Of a stretch of 64,000 bases of DNA, positions 48,162 through 57,916 are shown piece by piece. Within the stretch, counting starts at the first letter, position 1; the number at the start of each line of letters is the position of its first letter. The position numbers were made by a program, and so were the translations under genes. Location: NCBI GenBank assembly GCA_964573995.1, contig CAZNLH010000001.1, forward strand, positions 112,810 through 176,809, given 5' to 3'. Below the pieces are notes generated by a model. The model had not been told where the DNA came from and searched no databases. It saw only the letters and a list, made by a program, of their open reading frames with translations. The stretch is from an uncultured Gemmatimonadota bacterium (GTDB lineage Bacteria > Gemmatimonadota > CAZMKB01 > CAZNLH01).

Positions 48162-50327
48162 TCAATGTGCCATTCCATCTGTTTTTCGGTTTATTTCGAA
48201 GAGGCTGGCTGCTGGATAAGAAGCAAGGATTTCCTTTCCGTCGCAGAACCGGACGTAAAACGAGAAATCCTTGCCTTCGAGGCCTTGCGTGTTGCCCAAC
48301 GATTCACTGTCGAGACAAACTTCAAGTACCTTTCCAAGGTATGATCTCCCTATTTGCCTTCCTGAGTGAGTAATATCAGAGGGGCCCTCATTCAGTGAGA
48401 TCTTTAGAGCGCACTTGTATGGTACAACAAGGCATAATACAACATAATACGAAGCCTTGAGTTGTTCTCTGTATCTAAAGTCGATTCTTATATTGATATC
48501 CCCTCGCCCGCCGCCCCAGTATATGGAATCTATACCAGGCTGGTTCATTGCCCGTTGGCAGTCCAGACAGGTGTAATAGCGTATTGCCGGAAGCCATTCA
48601 AAGTAGGAGGAGACTTCTCCGTCGAGTATGACATTGAAATCCTGATAACTATCGGCACAGTAACGAGTTATCTTGCTCTCTGGTGAAATGGCATCGAATA
48701 ATCGCACAGGAGGTTCATCACCGAGCAGTTCATAGACACGGATTAGATGGAGCCTGAACAGCAGGTCGAATTCAGCGTCCATCTCGCTGCTGAAGTCATC
48801 TCCATACCACCAGAACCAATCGCTCCCCTCTGCTATGTATATCTCTTTCCATGCCCTTTCAAGGATTCCCGGGTCCATGTCGACATCTCTACACCTGCCG
48901 ACAAGATAATCCCTCGTCTCACCAAGGAGTTCCCAGGCCCTGTTGCTTTCTTCGCCACCGATCCATATGCGAAAGTCTCCATAGATCCAGGAGCCTGGCG
49001 ACAGGTCGGCGAGAGAGGGTAATTCAACCCCATTGTCAGCAAGAAGATCGAGGTACCTCGAGGGCGTCGTAGGTGAAAGATATTGATTGTCCTCCAGCAT
49101 GTCATATATGCGATGGAGGAATACCCGGCCATCTTCATCGTAGTTTTCCCACGGGTTCTCTCCATCAACGACGATGGTGATAACGGGATAAGGTATGCCG
49201 GCGGTACATGTGCTTTCAAGCACATTCATGAGATAAGACTTGAGGTGATCTATGGAATCTTCAATATCCATATTGCAATAAGAAAAAGCAATCTTGTCGG
49301 ATATGAAGTGGTCTCTGAAGAACAATGAGAGAAATCCGTCGTCACTGCATAGCCGGTATGGATGGTAGACCTCCAACGGTGGCTGTGACTCGCGTGCCGG
49401 CCCCTTCACCTCGGGATCACCAAGAGATCGGACCAGGACAGTTTCGTCGCCGGCCGCCCAGCGGATTCCGGATTGGAGAAAGAATGGAATGAGTTGCCGG
49501 CACAGGCCTCCCTCGGAGGGCCACATCCCGCGCGGCTCCTCTCCAAACACCTCGGCATGGTAGGCGACGGCGCTTGAAATCTGGCGTCGAACATCGTCCG
49601 GGGAGCGGAAGGGACGGTAGGGTGGCAAGGCATCCGGGCTCGCTTCCGCAGCCATGTCGGTGTCAAAGAGGAGGGGGAGTATGGGGTGATGGAAGGGGGA
49701 TGCCGAGAGTTCGATCCTTCCCTCCCCCGCCAGATCCCTGTAAAGGGGGATGATCTTGGATAGTATATCCCTTGTCCTGGCCTGAACGAGATCCATGTCT
49801 TTTAGGGAATAACCCCTCCCCTTCTCTTTCAATGCGCGCAGGCCGTGATCCTCCGAGAAGTATACCGGGTCGAACCAGGCAAGGTTGTAAAGGATTTGAA
49901 GGTCCAAGAGGTCCTGATCTCGGAGTTGTGTTCCCCCCTCTCCATTGCCTGTCCCGTAACGATGTAGGAGTTCCTTCAATCGTGGAAAGCGATAGGCCAA
50001 ACGGGGGCTAAGAATGGATAGAAGTCGTGGAAGGGACCTGCGAATATCTTCCGGAAGGCACCGGGGGTCGGTCATGGACAGATCAAAGACCCTGTCCGTG
50101 GCCCCTTCCTCCACGTACATCCGGATCTGCTGCAGCAGGCATGGCGAAAAGTTAAAGGTGACCATGACACCGGGATGCTCGGAAAGGATCGACGCCATGT
50201 CGAGATAATCCTTCGTCCCGTGCAGTCTGACCCACGGCATCCAGAGACACGGAGAATCCCCGATGCCGTAATAGGGCTGGTGCATGTGCCAGATGAGTAC
50301 GACGTTTAATTTCTCCTCTTCAACCAC
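48162..50327 (-). CDS. Glycoside hydrolase family 57 alpha-glucan-active enzyme.
   Basis: 'NVVLIWHMHQPYYG' N-terminal GH57 signature. Large C-terminal extension. Confidence 0.8.
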   Translation of the reverse strand: MVEEEKLNVVLIWHMHQPYYGIGDSPCLWMPWVRLHGTKDYLDMASILSEHPGVMVTFNFSPCLLQQIRMYVEEGATDRVFDLSMTDPRCLPEDIRRSLPRLLSILSPRLAYRFPRLKELLHRYGTGNGEGGTQLRDQDLLDLQILYNLAWFDPVYFSEDHGLRALKEKGRGYSLKDMDLVQARTRDILSKIIPLYRDLAGEGRIELSASPFHHPILPLLFDTDMAAEASPDALPPYRPFRSPDDVRRQISSAVAYHAEVFGEEPRGMWPSEGGLCRQLIPFFLQSGIRWAAGDETVLVRSLGDPEVKGPARESQPPLEVYHPYRLCSDDGFLSLFFRDHFISDKIAFSYCNMDIEDSIDHLKSYLMNVLESTCTAGIPYPVITIVVDGENPWENYDEDGRVFLHRIYDMLEDNQYLSPTTPSRYLDLLADNGVELPSLADLSPGSWIYGDFRIWIGGEESNRAWELLGETRDYLVGRCRDVDMDPGILERAWKEIYIAEGSDWFWWYGDDFSSEMDAEFDLLFRLHLIRVYELLGDEPPVRLFDAISPESKITRYCADSYQDFNVILDGEVSSYFEWLPAIRYYTCLDCQRAMNQPGIDSIYWGGGRGDINIRIDFRYREQLKASYYVVLCLVVPYKCALKISLNEGPSDITHSGRQIGRSYLGKVLEVCLDSESLGNTQGLEGKDFSFYVRFCDGKEILASYPAASLFEINRKTDGMAH

Positions 50328-51039
50328 CGCTGCTGTTATTCCCTGTCATTTTTAAACCATCGGCAGATGATGCCTGGATCTCGGCCTTTAACAAGGCCGC
50401 CTCTCCAGCTTCCTGCGCATCCGGGTAGTTGTCGAGGATGAACCGGCATTCTTCCAACGCCTTCTGCGTGTCATCCGCCATGGAATACGCCCTCGCCGCA
50501 TCGAGCCTCGCCTTTACACGCTGGTAATCAAAACGGGCGCTTTCGGATGCTCTGATGTAAGCAGCAGCGGCCTCGACGAATGAATTCTGATCCTCCAGGA
50601 TACATCCAAGGAGTTCATGCGCCTGATAACTCATAGGGGAACGAGTATCATATTCAGCGTCAAATTCTTTCAAGGCGTCTTCGGCCTCTTTGTATTTCTT
50701 CTCTTGGTAATAGGCCTCCGCAAGCATGTACATGGCCTCATCCCCTATCTTTGTCCCTGTGAAGTCCTTTCTGACCTTTTCAAGGTCAGAGATTGCAAGC
50801 GGATAGTTCTGTGAATCATAATCCACCTGGCCGCTCCACAAGAGGCGAGCGGCGCGCATCTCCTTGTGTGAACGATAATCCAGGTAATACAGCACCGCTC
50901 CGACAACGACGGCGACCGCGATCAGGTAGATGACTGTTTTTCTCAGGTTCTCTTGGAAAAAACGGGCCAGTTCAAACGTCGTGCTTACAAACTTGTCCTG
51001 CTTCAGTTGCTTTTTAGAAAGTCTCCTTTTGCTGCCCAT
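50320..51039 (-). CDS. Membrane-anchored TPR-repeat protein (YfgM-like).
   Basis: Basic N-terminus, one TM helix, then TPR-like repeats ('MYMLAEAYYQEKKYKEAEDALKEF'). Confidence 0.5.
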   Translation of the reverse strand: MGSKRRLSKKQLKQDKFVSTTFELARFFQENLRKTVIYLIAVAVVVGAVLYYLDYRSHKEMRAARLLWSGQVDYDSQNYPLAISDLEKVRKDFTGTKIGDEAMYMLAEAYYQEKKYKEAEDALKEFDAEYDTRSPMSYQAHELLGCILEDQNSFVEAAAAYIRASESARFDYQRVKARLDAARAYSMADDTQKALEECRFILDNYPDAQEAGEAALLKAEIQASSADGLKMTGNNSSGG

Positions 51040-51101
51040 GGCTCTCAATGCCTCCGTTGAACTTGGGAATTATCTTTCCAAGCCTGATAAAAAGACAGCA
51101 C

Positions 51102-51178
51102 TGGTACCCCTGGCGTGACTCGAACACGCGACACGCGGTTTAGGAAACCGCTGCTCTATCCTACTGAGCTACAGGGGC
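51102..51178 (-). tRNA. tRNA-Arg (anticodon CCU) with encoded CCA.
   Basis: Reverse complement reads GCCCCTG-TA-GCTC-AGTAGGATA-GAGC-A-GCGGT-TTCCTAA-ACCGC-GTGTC-GCGTG-TTCGAGT-CACGC-CAGGGGT-A-CCA. This gives a cloverleaf with a 7-bp acceptor stem, a T-loop TTCGAGT, and anticodon loop TT-CCT-AA. Confidence 0.85.
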
Positions 51179-51848
51179 ACCTGCATAACTTACAAAGGGT
51201 TATCGGCGTTACCTGTACTTTGTTCTGATATGCGATGCTTCAATGCGATTGACAATTATTCGTTTGCTGCTCCTTCGCATCGTTCATTCTAATTATTACC
51301 GCCAACCTTGTCAAGATCGTGCTTCCTGTCCTCATCCCGCCCGGCACTCATCGATGGAGGTCTTGGATTACCGTGTAAGCCTTTTAGAGCATCCGCGAGG
51401 GTAGCGCCGATGGGCGTGTTCGGCGACAGGACCAGCGCGTTTCACAGGGTAACATCCGCGAAATAACTTCCGGGGAATCGCACTGGGTGAGCCGGTATCC
51501 TGGAGATACCCCACCTGCGCCTGGTTAGGATGAATCGGAAGGGCTCATCCCTCATGAAGTCAATGTCCATGGCCTACCCCTTGATGACATGAACGCGGAT
51601 AAGCGAGTCATCTCGGCTGTCACATCCTGAACAGAAGTATCCTTCTCAATGGGATCGATATAAAAAAAGTATTGTGCAACCACCAAAAAGGTAATGGACA
51701 ACGGGCGTTGATCTAACGGGGATTATAAGGCCCTTTCAAGTTCCTGCTAAGGGAAAGGAGAAGAAAGTGGGGCGCAAAGCCGCACTTGGTATGCATATTG
51801 CTTAATAAAAGGTGTGAATATACCACTGTCATGCTTGCTGGAGGTCTT

Positions 51849-52994
51849 TCCGTGGCCAATATAACCTGCAATGAAGTTGGCAAGAGGGCTCCTTCCCTCC
51901 TGATCGGCTGTCTGTTTCTCTCGCACCTCTTCCTCCTGCCGCAACCTGGATGGTCGGGGGAATATCATTCCTATCGAAATGGTACGCTGTATTGTGATGA
52001 ATGCCACCTGTCCTTAGTCTCCCCTAAAGACCTTCCGAGTACGGTACCTTCCGCCGCAGGTAAGCCTGCAGGATGGGCGGGCAACCCTTACCTCCTGAGA
52101 TATGATGGCAATGAAGTCTGCCTGTCATGCCATGACGATAACCCCGGGGCGGTGGACGTGGTTGGATTCAACAGGGGGGAGAAGCCGGGGATCGTGAGGG
52201 AGGCGGGTGCGCTCAACATGGTTTCCGGCGGTTATCCATACAGTGAAGAAAACGGCCACACTCTTGGCCTGGAAACTCCTGCTCCGGGAAGCGATCCCCA
52301 ATGGATACCTTCCGGCGGCCTGAAGTGCATCGATTGCCATGATCCACACGGGGAGAACCCAAACGGGAATTCCTATCGAAACCTGGTCGCTACCCCAGGC
52401 AACACCCCCTACCCCGGTATACTGGTGACGTATTCCTCGGGGACGAATGACCCAGGCAGCGATGTCTTTGTCCGCTGCATGGGAGGCTATGACGTGTCTG
52501 ATGTGGACTTCAATGAGCCATCCCCCGGCACTTCGGCAATGGCGGCGTTCTGTGGCGGATGCCACACCGATTTCCACGGCTCCAAGGGCGGACCGGAAGT
52601 AGGCGGAGCATCGGGAGTTGGCTGGATCCGACACCCCTCGAGTGATGCGGACATCGGCCACCTGGGCGGGCGCCATTCGCGCCGCGAGGTTTTTGCGGGG
52701 GAGTGGTCGAGAAAAGAAGACTTCGTCAAGGTCATGACAGGCACGGGGAACTGGAGGCCGCAAAGCGCCTCCGAGGTTGTCGATCACACGCCGACCTGCC
52801 TTACCTGCCACAAGGCACACGGCAACCGAAACCCGTTTGGGTTGATATTCATGGGCAACAATGGGCCTGTTAATGAAGAGGGTACGCCGGGCGGCAGTTA
52901 CACCGACCTGTGCCGCCAGTGCCATGTCCAGTCGCTTCGGAGAGATCACAATAGGCAAGCCGGGCGCTTCGCGGGCCGTCGGCCCGGATCTTGA
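51849..52994 (+). CDS. OmcS-family hexaheme c-type cytochrome (candidate nanowire subunit), paralog 1.
   Basis: Six CxxCH sites in OmcS-like order and context: 'YHSY..CDECH', 'CLSCHDD', 'CIDCHDPHGE', 'FCGGCHTDFHG...WIRHPSS', 'CLTCHKAHGN', 'DLCRQCHVQ'. Recalled G. sulfurreducens OmcS has 'FHSGGVAECEGCH', 'CLNCHQ', 'CSSCHDPHGK', 'WCANCHTDIHN...LRHPAG', 'CLSCHRAHASG', 'CNKCHAKD'. GTG 51849 follows GGAGG, and a signal peptide is present. Confidence 0.7.
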   Translation, partial: SVANITCNEVGKRAPSLLIGCLFLSHLFLLPQPGWSGEYHSYRNGTLYCDECHLSLVSPKDLPSTVPSAAGKPAGWAGNPYLLRYDGNEVCLSCHDDNPGAVDVVGFNRGEKPGIVREAGALNMVSGGYPYSEENGHTLGLETPAPGSDPQWIPSGGLKCIDCHDPHGENPNGNSYRNLVATPGNTPYPGILVTYSSGTNDPGSDVFVRCMGGYDVSDVDFNEPSPGTSAMAAFCGGCHTDFHGSKGGPEVGGASGVGWIRHPSSDADIGHLGGRHSRREVFAGEWSRKEDFVKVMTGTGNWRPQSASEVVDHTPTCLTCHKAHGNRNPFGLIFMGNNGPVNEEGTPGGSYTDLCRQCHVQSLRRDHNRQAGRFAGRRPGS

Positions 52995-53018
52995 CTCCGG
53001 ACTCCCATTATGTGAATG

Positions 53019-54152
53019 CTACTGATCGACTCTCGCAAGATAGTGGCACTGGTCGCATCCCACGTAATTCACGGTACCCTCGACGGGGAATGTCATGGAA
53101 AACGCCTGATCCGAGCCGTGGGCCTTGTGACAGGAGAGGCAGAAGACCCCGTTGGTAGATGCGTCCACCACGAGCCCCCCACCGTATTCCGACGCGCCGT
53201 CCACAACAAACGGCACCCTCTCTGTTCCGATGAATCCGGACCCGCTGCCGAGTTCCCAGTGGGCGGGGTTTGTCGACCCCCTGTCTTCCCCCTGGTCGAT
53301 GTGGTTCGGTGAGTTTCGTTCGCTGTCATAGGTGGGATGCCTTGAGTGAATACCGTTTCCATCCGGGTCTATGTAAGATTCTCCTGAAAAGATGTGATGA
53401 CAGTCCAGACAGATATTGGATGCCTCGCGCAACTCCTCTGTGTTCAAGGTGCCGTAAGAGACGTGTTCGCTCTCGTACTTATCGAGCCCCGAGGCCGACG
53501 GGTCCACGAGAAGACCAATCGGGGGTGTTCCATCGGGATCTGACGCCCACTGCAGGTTCCTTGGATTACCATTGCCGTGTGGATTATGGCAGTCAATGCA
53601 TGTCACCTTCTGATCCGCAGGGTCACCCCAGTGGCATCGCATGCATAGTTCCCAGCCGCTCGGAAGGTCCCTTCCAAGGTCATGTCCATTGATGTTCTGC
53701 ACCTCAGGTTCCCCGAAGAATCCAGCCGACCGCTCGGTCAGACCGTTCACGTCGTTTCCTACTACATCGGGTACGCCCGACATGTTATCGTGGCATAACA
53801 GGCAGAGGTCGAGAGGATCTGGTGCAAGCAAAAGTTCCGGGTTTGGGGTGCCTTCCCATGGAAAGCCCGAAATGGCCCCTTCTCCTGAGTAGCCACCCTC
53901 ATGGTTGTGTTGCATGCTTGCATGCATTACGTGACAGTCCGTACAAACCAGGGTCTCACCGAAATGATACGGAGTGTATCCGCCCACCTGTGGCTCATCT
54001 TCGGTCCCCCGTCCCCCCGTCTGCTTATGGATCTGGTAACCTAACAACTCTTCCCGACCCATCTGGCCTGCATTCAACTGGGCCACAGACAATTGGAAGA
54101 TAAGGGCCGAAATTACAGAGAGACAGACAATTACATCCTTGCCCGCAGACAT
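53019..54152 (-). CDS. OmcS-family multiheme c-type cytochrome, paralog 2 (7 CxxCH).
   Basis: 'CTDCHVMHASMQ', 'CLLCHDN', 'CMRCHWGDP', 'CIDCHNPHGNGNP', 'CLDCHHIFSG...IHSRHPT', 'CLSCHKAHGSD', 'CDQCHY'. Signal peptide 'MSAGKDVIVCLSVISALIFQLSVAQ'. RBS 'aaaggagga'. Confidence 0.65.
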   Translation of the reverse strand: MSAGKDVIVCLSVISALIFQLSVAQLNAGQMGREELLGYQIHKQTGGRGTEDEPQVGGYTPYHFGETLVCTDCHVMHASMQHNHEGGYSGEGAISGFPWEGTPNPELLLAPDPLDLCLLCHDNMSGVPDVVGNDVNGLTERSAGFFGEPEVQNINGHDLGRDLPSGWELCMRCHWGDPADQKVTCIDCHNPHGNGNPRNLQWASDPDGTPPIGLLVDPSASGLDKYESEHVSYGTLNTEELREASNICLDCHHIFSGESYIDPDGNGIHSRHPTYDSERNSPNHIDQGEDRGSTNPAHWELGSGSGFIGTERVPFVVDGASEYGGGLVVDASTNGVFCLSCHKAHGSDQAFSMTFPVEGTVNYVGCDQCHYLARVDQ

Positions 54153-54296
54153 GTTTCCTCCTTTCATTACGTCAGCGCGAGGCGTCTTCTAAGTTGAATC
54201 GCTGCTATCTCCTCAACGAGGGGCGATGCGAGGGGTAAGGAGGGGGAGAATCGGGGAGTACTCGAAGTCGGCCTGGGGTCTGGACCTTACCGCGGT

Positions 54297-57200
54297 CTAC
54301 TTGAAGTCGGCGCCTACACGATGACACTGGATGCAGAGATCCCTCCGCTGGTCATGGGTAAGCATCTTCGAGTAGTCACTGGAATGGGGATCGTGACATG
54401 AAGCACATGTCATCCTTTCTCCGGTGCGGGGATCGATCGCCTCACCACCTACGGGGTGTATGTGTTTCATGTCCACCGCATCCTTGTGGCACCCGTAACA
54501 CAAATCGTTCACATTGACCGGAAGGAGGTACCGAGCCTTGGAATCATGCGGGTCATGGCACTTGGTGCATCCTTCCTCTAAGGGCGCGTGGAGGTTTTTC
54601 CCGCCAAGGATTCGTGCCCTGTCGTGGCAGGTAAAACAGGTCTCATCGCCCTCCCTCGAGAGGAGGTACTTGCCGAATCCCATGTGAGGATTGTGGCAAT
54701 TTGTACATCCGCCACCCCGCGACAAGGCCTTGTGGAGGTGAGGCTGGTCCAGTTTCTTGCGAAAATCTTTATGACAGCCGAGACACAGTTCCTGGCCCTT
54801 CAACCTTGTGCCAAAGTTCAACTTGGAGGTATGACAAGTCAGGCATCCCCCCCTAAAGGGCTCATGGACTACTGGGTATAGGAGTTTTTTCCCGCCCTTT
54901 GGGACGGAATGCGGGTCGTGGCAGCGGGTACAGTCTCCCTTCCCCACGGGGAATCCGGAATGTGCCGCCTCGAACGCAGGCTCCCCGGCATCATGACAAC
55001 TCAGGCAGAGGGTTGCCCCCTTCTTTTTCAAGAGGTATTCGTTGCTCGATGTGTGGGAATCGTGACAATCCCCGCAATCGCCATCCTTATATGGTGGGTG
55101 AAGGGCCTCCGTTTTGTAACCCTTCCCGAGTCTCTCATGACAACCGAAACACAGGGAAGGCGTGCCTTCCTTGAGTAGATTCTTCACCGCTCCGGAGTGC
55201 GGGACATGGCAACTGAGGCATTCGCCCTTTGCAACGGGGGCGTGGCTGAGCGAGGTTCTCGTTATACCCCTCATCCCCTCGTGGCACCGGTAGCACAATT
55301 TTTCCCCAGGAGCACGGAGTAATTTCTCGTTGCTCGATGCATGGGGGCTGTGGCAGGCCACACAATTCCCTTTGGTGACCGGGTCGTGAACCACCTCGGC
55401 ACCGGTAAAATCGTCGTCATGACACTGTAGGCAGAGTGCACTCCCCTCTTCGACCAGGCGCGCGGGCTCCCCCTTGCGCTTGGGTTCCACATGGCATGCG
55501 TCACACAACTTATCCTCAAAGGGAGGATGAAGATTCTTTCCCAACAACTTTGGCGATGCCGAGTTGTGAGGATCGTGGCAGTCTATGCAATTCGTCCCTT
55601 CAACCGAGTATCCGAGGTGCGCATTCCTGATGTTTTCGCTGTCCACCTGGTGGCAACTCTGGCACAACTTCTTCGGTTCCGCTACGAGGTTTACGGAGAA
55701 ATCCGAGGCATGAGGGTCGTGGCAGGTCAGGCACCCCTTTTCTGTAGTCAGAGGCTGGTGAACATTCCCGGTAAGATAGTCATCCCTGTCATGGCACTTA
55801 AGGCACAAGTCCGTTCCCTTCGCCTTGAGCAGACCAGGCCCCTCGCCACCGTGTGGATCGTGGCACCCGCTGCAATTTCCCTCTACCACAGGTGTGTGGA
55901 CAGAGGGCTTCGTCATGAGTTCTTCGATCTCAGAGTGGCAGGATATGCAGAGTTCACCCTGATCCTTGACCAGGAGCCCCTTGTTGCCCGCCGCATGGGG
56001 ATTGTGGCAATCGGTACAGGCTCCTTCGACGGCGGCGGGATGAGCACCATCGCCTGAAATCTTCTCCCCTATATCTTTATGGCACTGCGTACAGAGATCA
56101 TTTCCCCCTATCTTCAACATGGAATTACCGGTCGAGGCGTGGGGTGAATGGCAGGCCGAGCACTCACCCAATTCGAATGGGCTGTGCTGATTTACCTCCT
56201 TGAGCCTGTCCACCACGTCACCATGACACTTCAGGCATATTTCCTTTTGAGGCCCAACCAGCAGGGACGGCAACTTGGAACTGTGCGGCCTGTGACAGGA
56301 CAGGCATCCCGGGTCAAGGACCGGCGGATGAGTCCCCTCCCCCTTATCGATCGCCTCGTAGATATCCTTGTGACAGGAACGACACAGATCCGGCTTCGGG
56401 GACCTCAGCAGCGGACTCGTCCCGGAACCGTGAGGGTCGTGGCAACCTGTGCAATTACCCTCCTTTAGAGGGGGGTGAACCGATTTGTCATGAAGATCCT
56501 CTTCCCTTTCGGGGTGACAAGTAAGGCACAACTCGCCCTCGTCCTCCTTCAATAGCGCCTTTCTCTTGGACACATGAGGATCGTGACAGTCGGTGCACTC
56601 TCCATCGGATGCAGGCGGGTGGATCGATTCAGACCTGAGGGACGCCTCGATCTTGGAGTGACAGGTAAGGCAGATATCCTTCACGTCCTGCCTTAGATGG
56701 ACACCCCCCTCCCCGACCGGCTCCTCGTGGCAAGCGGTGCAGTCTCCCTCGAGCAGGGGTTCATGTGCGCTCTCGTTCAGTAATGCGGGCCTTGAAGATG
56801 CGTGGGGGTTGTGACAACTGTCGCATGACAGTTCCTTTATATCGAATCCCTTGTGTCCCTTGGATTGTGCAATATCCTCTTTACCATGGCACTTTCTGCA
56901 GAGCGTCTTCTCATCAGAGACCAGGAGGCCCCCGTACGATGAAGCATGGCTCTGATGGCAAGCCCCGCAGTCCTTATCGGCGAAGGGCTGATGCAGATGG
57001 GGTTTCTCGAGTTCCCTGGCGATGTCCTCGTGGCATGAAGTGCAGATGCCCTTTCCGCCGATCGATTTCAGGAGGGATGCATTGTCTGAGGCGTGAGGAT
57101 CGTGGCAGGCGATACAATTGCCTTCCTCGACAGGTGAGTGGACGACCTTCTTGCCGGCCTCTTTTTTGATATCCTCGTGACAGTTCAGACAGAGATCGGG

Positions 57201-57422
57201 CCCCGTCCTCTTCAAGGCGAGTTTCTGCTTAAAGCCGTGTCGGGCATGGCAGGCGTCACACTTTCCCCTTTTGACGGGGTCATGAATGATCTCCTTAGAC
57301 TGGAAGGCCTTCCGTGCCTGTTTGTGGCAATCATAGCAAGTCTTACGTTGAGCAATGAGGGGCAGGACCAGTAGGTTCTCCACGGTAAAGAACAGGAAGA
57401 GCGCCCGCCTCGTGCTGCCCAT
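54297..57422 (-). CDS. Giant periplasmic multiheme cytochrome c (~42 CxxCH), a polymer of cytochrome-c7/c3-like triheme repeats.
   Basis: Signal peptide present. Regularly spaced CxxCH motifs (~42 counted by eye) in repeating 'C..CH.PH.S......L....G..LC..CH' units across the whole length. The ATG overlaps the upstream gene's stop (TAATG). Confidence 0.85.
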   Translation of the reverse strand: MGSTRRALFLFFTVENLLVLPLIAQRKTCYDCHKQARKAFQSKEIIHDPVKRGKCDACHARHGFKQKLALKRTGPDLCLNCHEDIKKEAGKKVVHSPVEEGNCIACHDPHASDNASLLKSIGGKGICTSCHEDIARELEKPHLHQPFADKDCGACHQSHASSYGGLLVSDEKTLCRKCHGKEDIAQSKGHKGFDIKELSCDSCHNPHASSRPALLNESAHEPLLEGDCTACHEEPVGEGGVHLRQDVKDICLTCHSKIEASLRSESIHPPASDGECTDCHDPHVSKRKALLKEDEGELCLTCHPEREEDLHDKSVHPPLKEGNCTGCHDPHGSGTSPLLRSPKPDLCRSCHKDIYEAIDKGEGTHPPVLDPGCLSCHRPHSSKLPSLLVGPQKEICLKCHGDVVDRLKEVNQHSPFELGECSACHSPHASTGNSMLKIGGNDLCTQCHKDIGEKISGDGAHPAAVEGACTDCHNPHAAGNKGLLVKDQGELCISCHSEIEELMTKPSVHTPVVEGNCSGCHDPHGGEGPGLLKAKGTDLCLKCHDRDDYLTGNVHQPLTTEKGCLTCHDPHASDFSVNLVAEPKKLCQSCHQVDSENIRNAHLGYSVEGTNCIDCHDPHNSASPKLLGKNLHPPFEDKLCDACHVEPKRKGEPARLVEEGSALCLQCHDDDFTGAEVVHDPVTKGNCVACHSPHASSNEKLLRAPGEKLCYRCHEGMRGITRTSLSHAPVAKGECLSCHVPHSGAVKNLLKEGTPSLCFGCHERLGKGYKTEALHPPYKDGDCGDCHDSHTSSNEYLLKKKGATLCLSCHDAGEPAFEAAHSGFPVGKGDCTRCHDPHSVPKGGKKLLYPVVHEPFRGGCLTCHTSKLNFGTRLKGQELCLGCHKDFRKKLDQPHLHKALSRGGGCTNCHNPHMGFGKYLLSREGDETCFTCHDRARILGGKNLHAPLEEGCTKCHDPHDSKARYLLPVNVNDLCYGCHKDAVDMKHIHPVGGEAIDPRTGERMTCASCHDPHSSDYSKMLTHDQRRDLCIQCHRVGADFK

Positions 57423-57916
57423 TATTTCGACCCTCCCTTGTTCCTGATCACCGTCTCCTTTCCACCCCCCCGGTTTCCATCAGGTTTCTCTTCTCCAGCC
57501 CCCTGAGCCGTTCCGGTAGGCGAGACCTTGTAATCCTTTAGTTCGAAGGAGAGGAGTGATCTCCTGAAAAAATGGGGGGCACCCTTTCCACGGAAGGCCC
57601 ACGTTTCATCCACCTTCTTGTCCTTGTCGTATACAATCACCCGAACAGCGGGGTTGTTTAACTGGTCGGATCGAGAAATGACCTCTCCCGTCTTCAGGTT
57701 TACGGCAAAGTCTGGGATGAATTCCACCGCCTCGGCGGAATAATCCGTGTCAGAGAGGTAGAATCTCTCTCCCAGTCTCACGGTGTGTTCCTCGCGAAAG
57801 TCCTTGTATACCCTGTGGGTAGCGACCAGTGTAACGTTGTCGATCTTTATTGTCCCGGCTATTGCCCGGGATATGACAACTGTAGAAATCAAGATGAGAA
57901 AGACCGTGTACTTCAT
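57422..57916 (-). CDS. Hypothetical periplasmic protein (signal peptide) inside the cytochrome operon.
   Basis: 'MKYTVFLILISTVVISRAIAG'. ATGA overlap with the upstream gene and TAATG overlap with the downstream cytochrome. Confidence 0.45.
   Translation of the reverse strand: MKYTVFLILISTVVISRAIAGTIKIDNVTLVATHRVYKDFREEHTVRLGERFYLSDTDYSAEAVEFIPDFAVNLKTGEVISRSDQLNNPAVRVIVYDKDKKVDETWAFRGKGAPHFFRRSLLSFELKDYKVSPTGTAQGAGEEKPDGNRGGGKETVIRNKGGSK

Noticed and set aside
52125-52958. 277-aa minus-strand ORF antisense to OmcS-like paralog 1
   Set aside because: The plus-strand reading gives six CxxCH motifs in OmcS order behind a signal peptide. The antisense frame has none.
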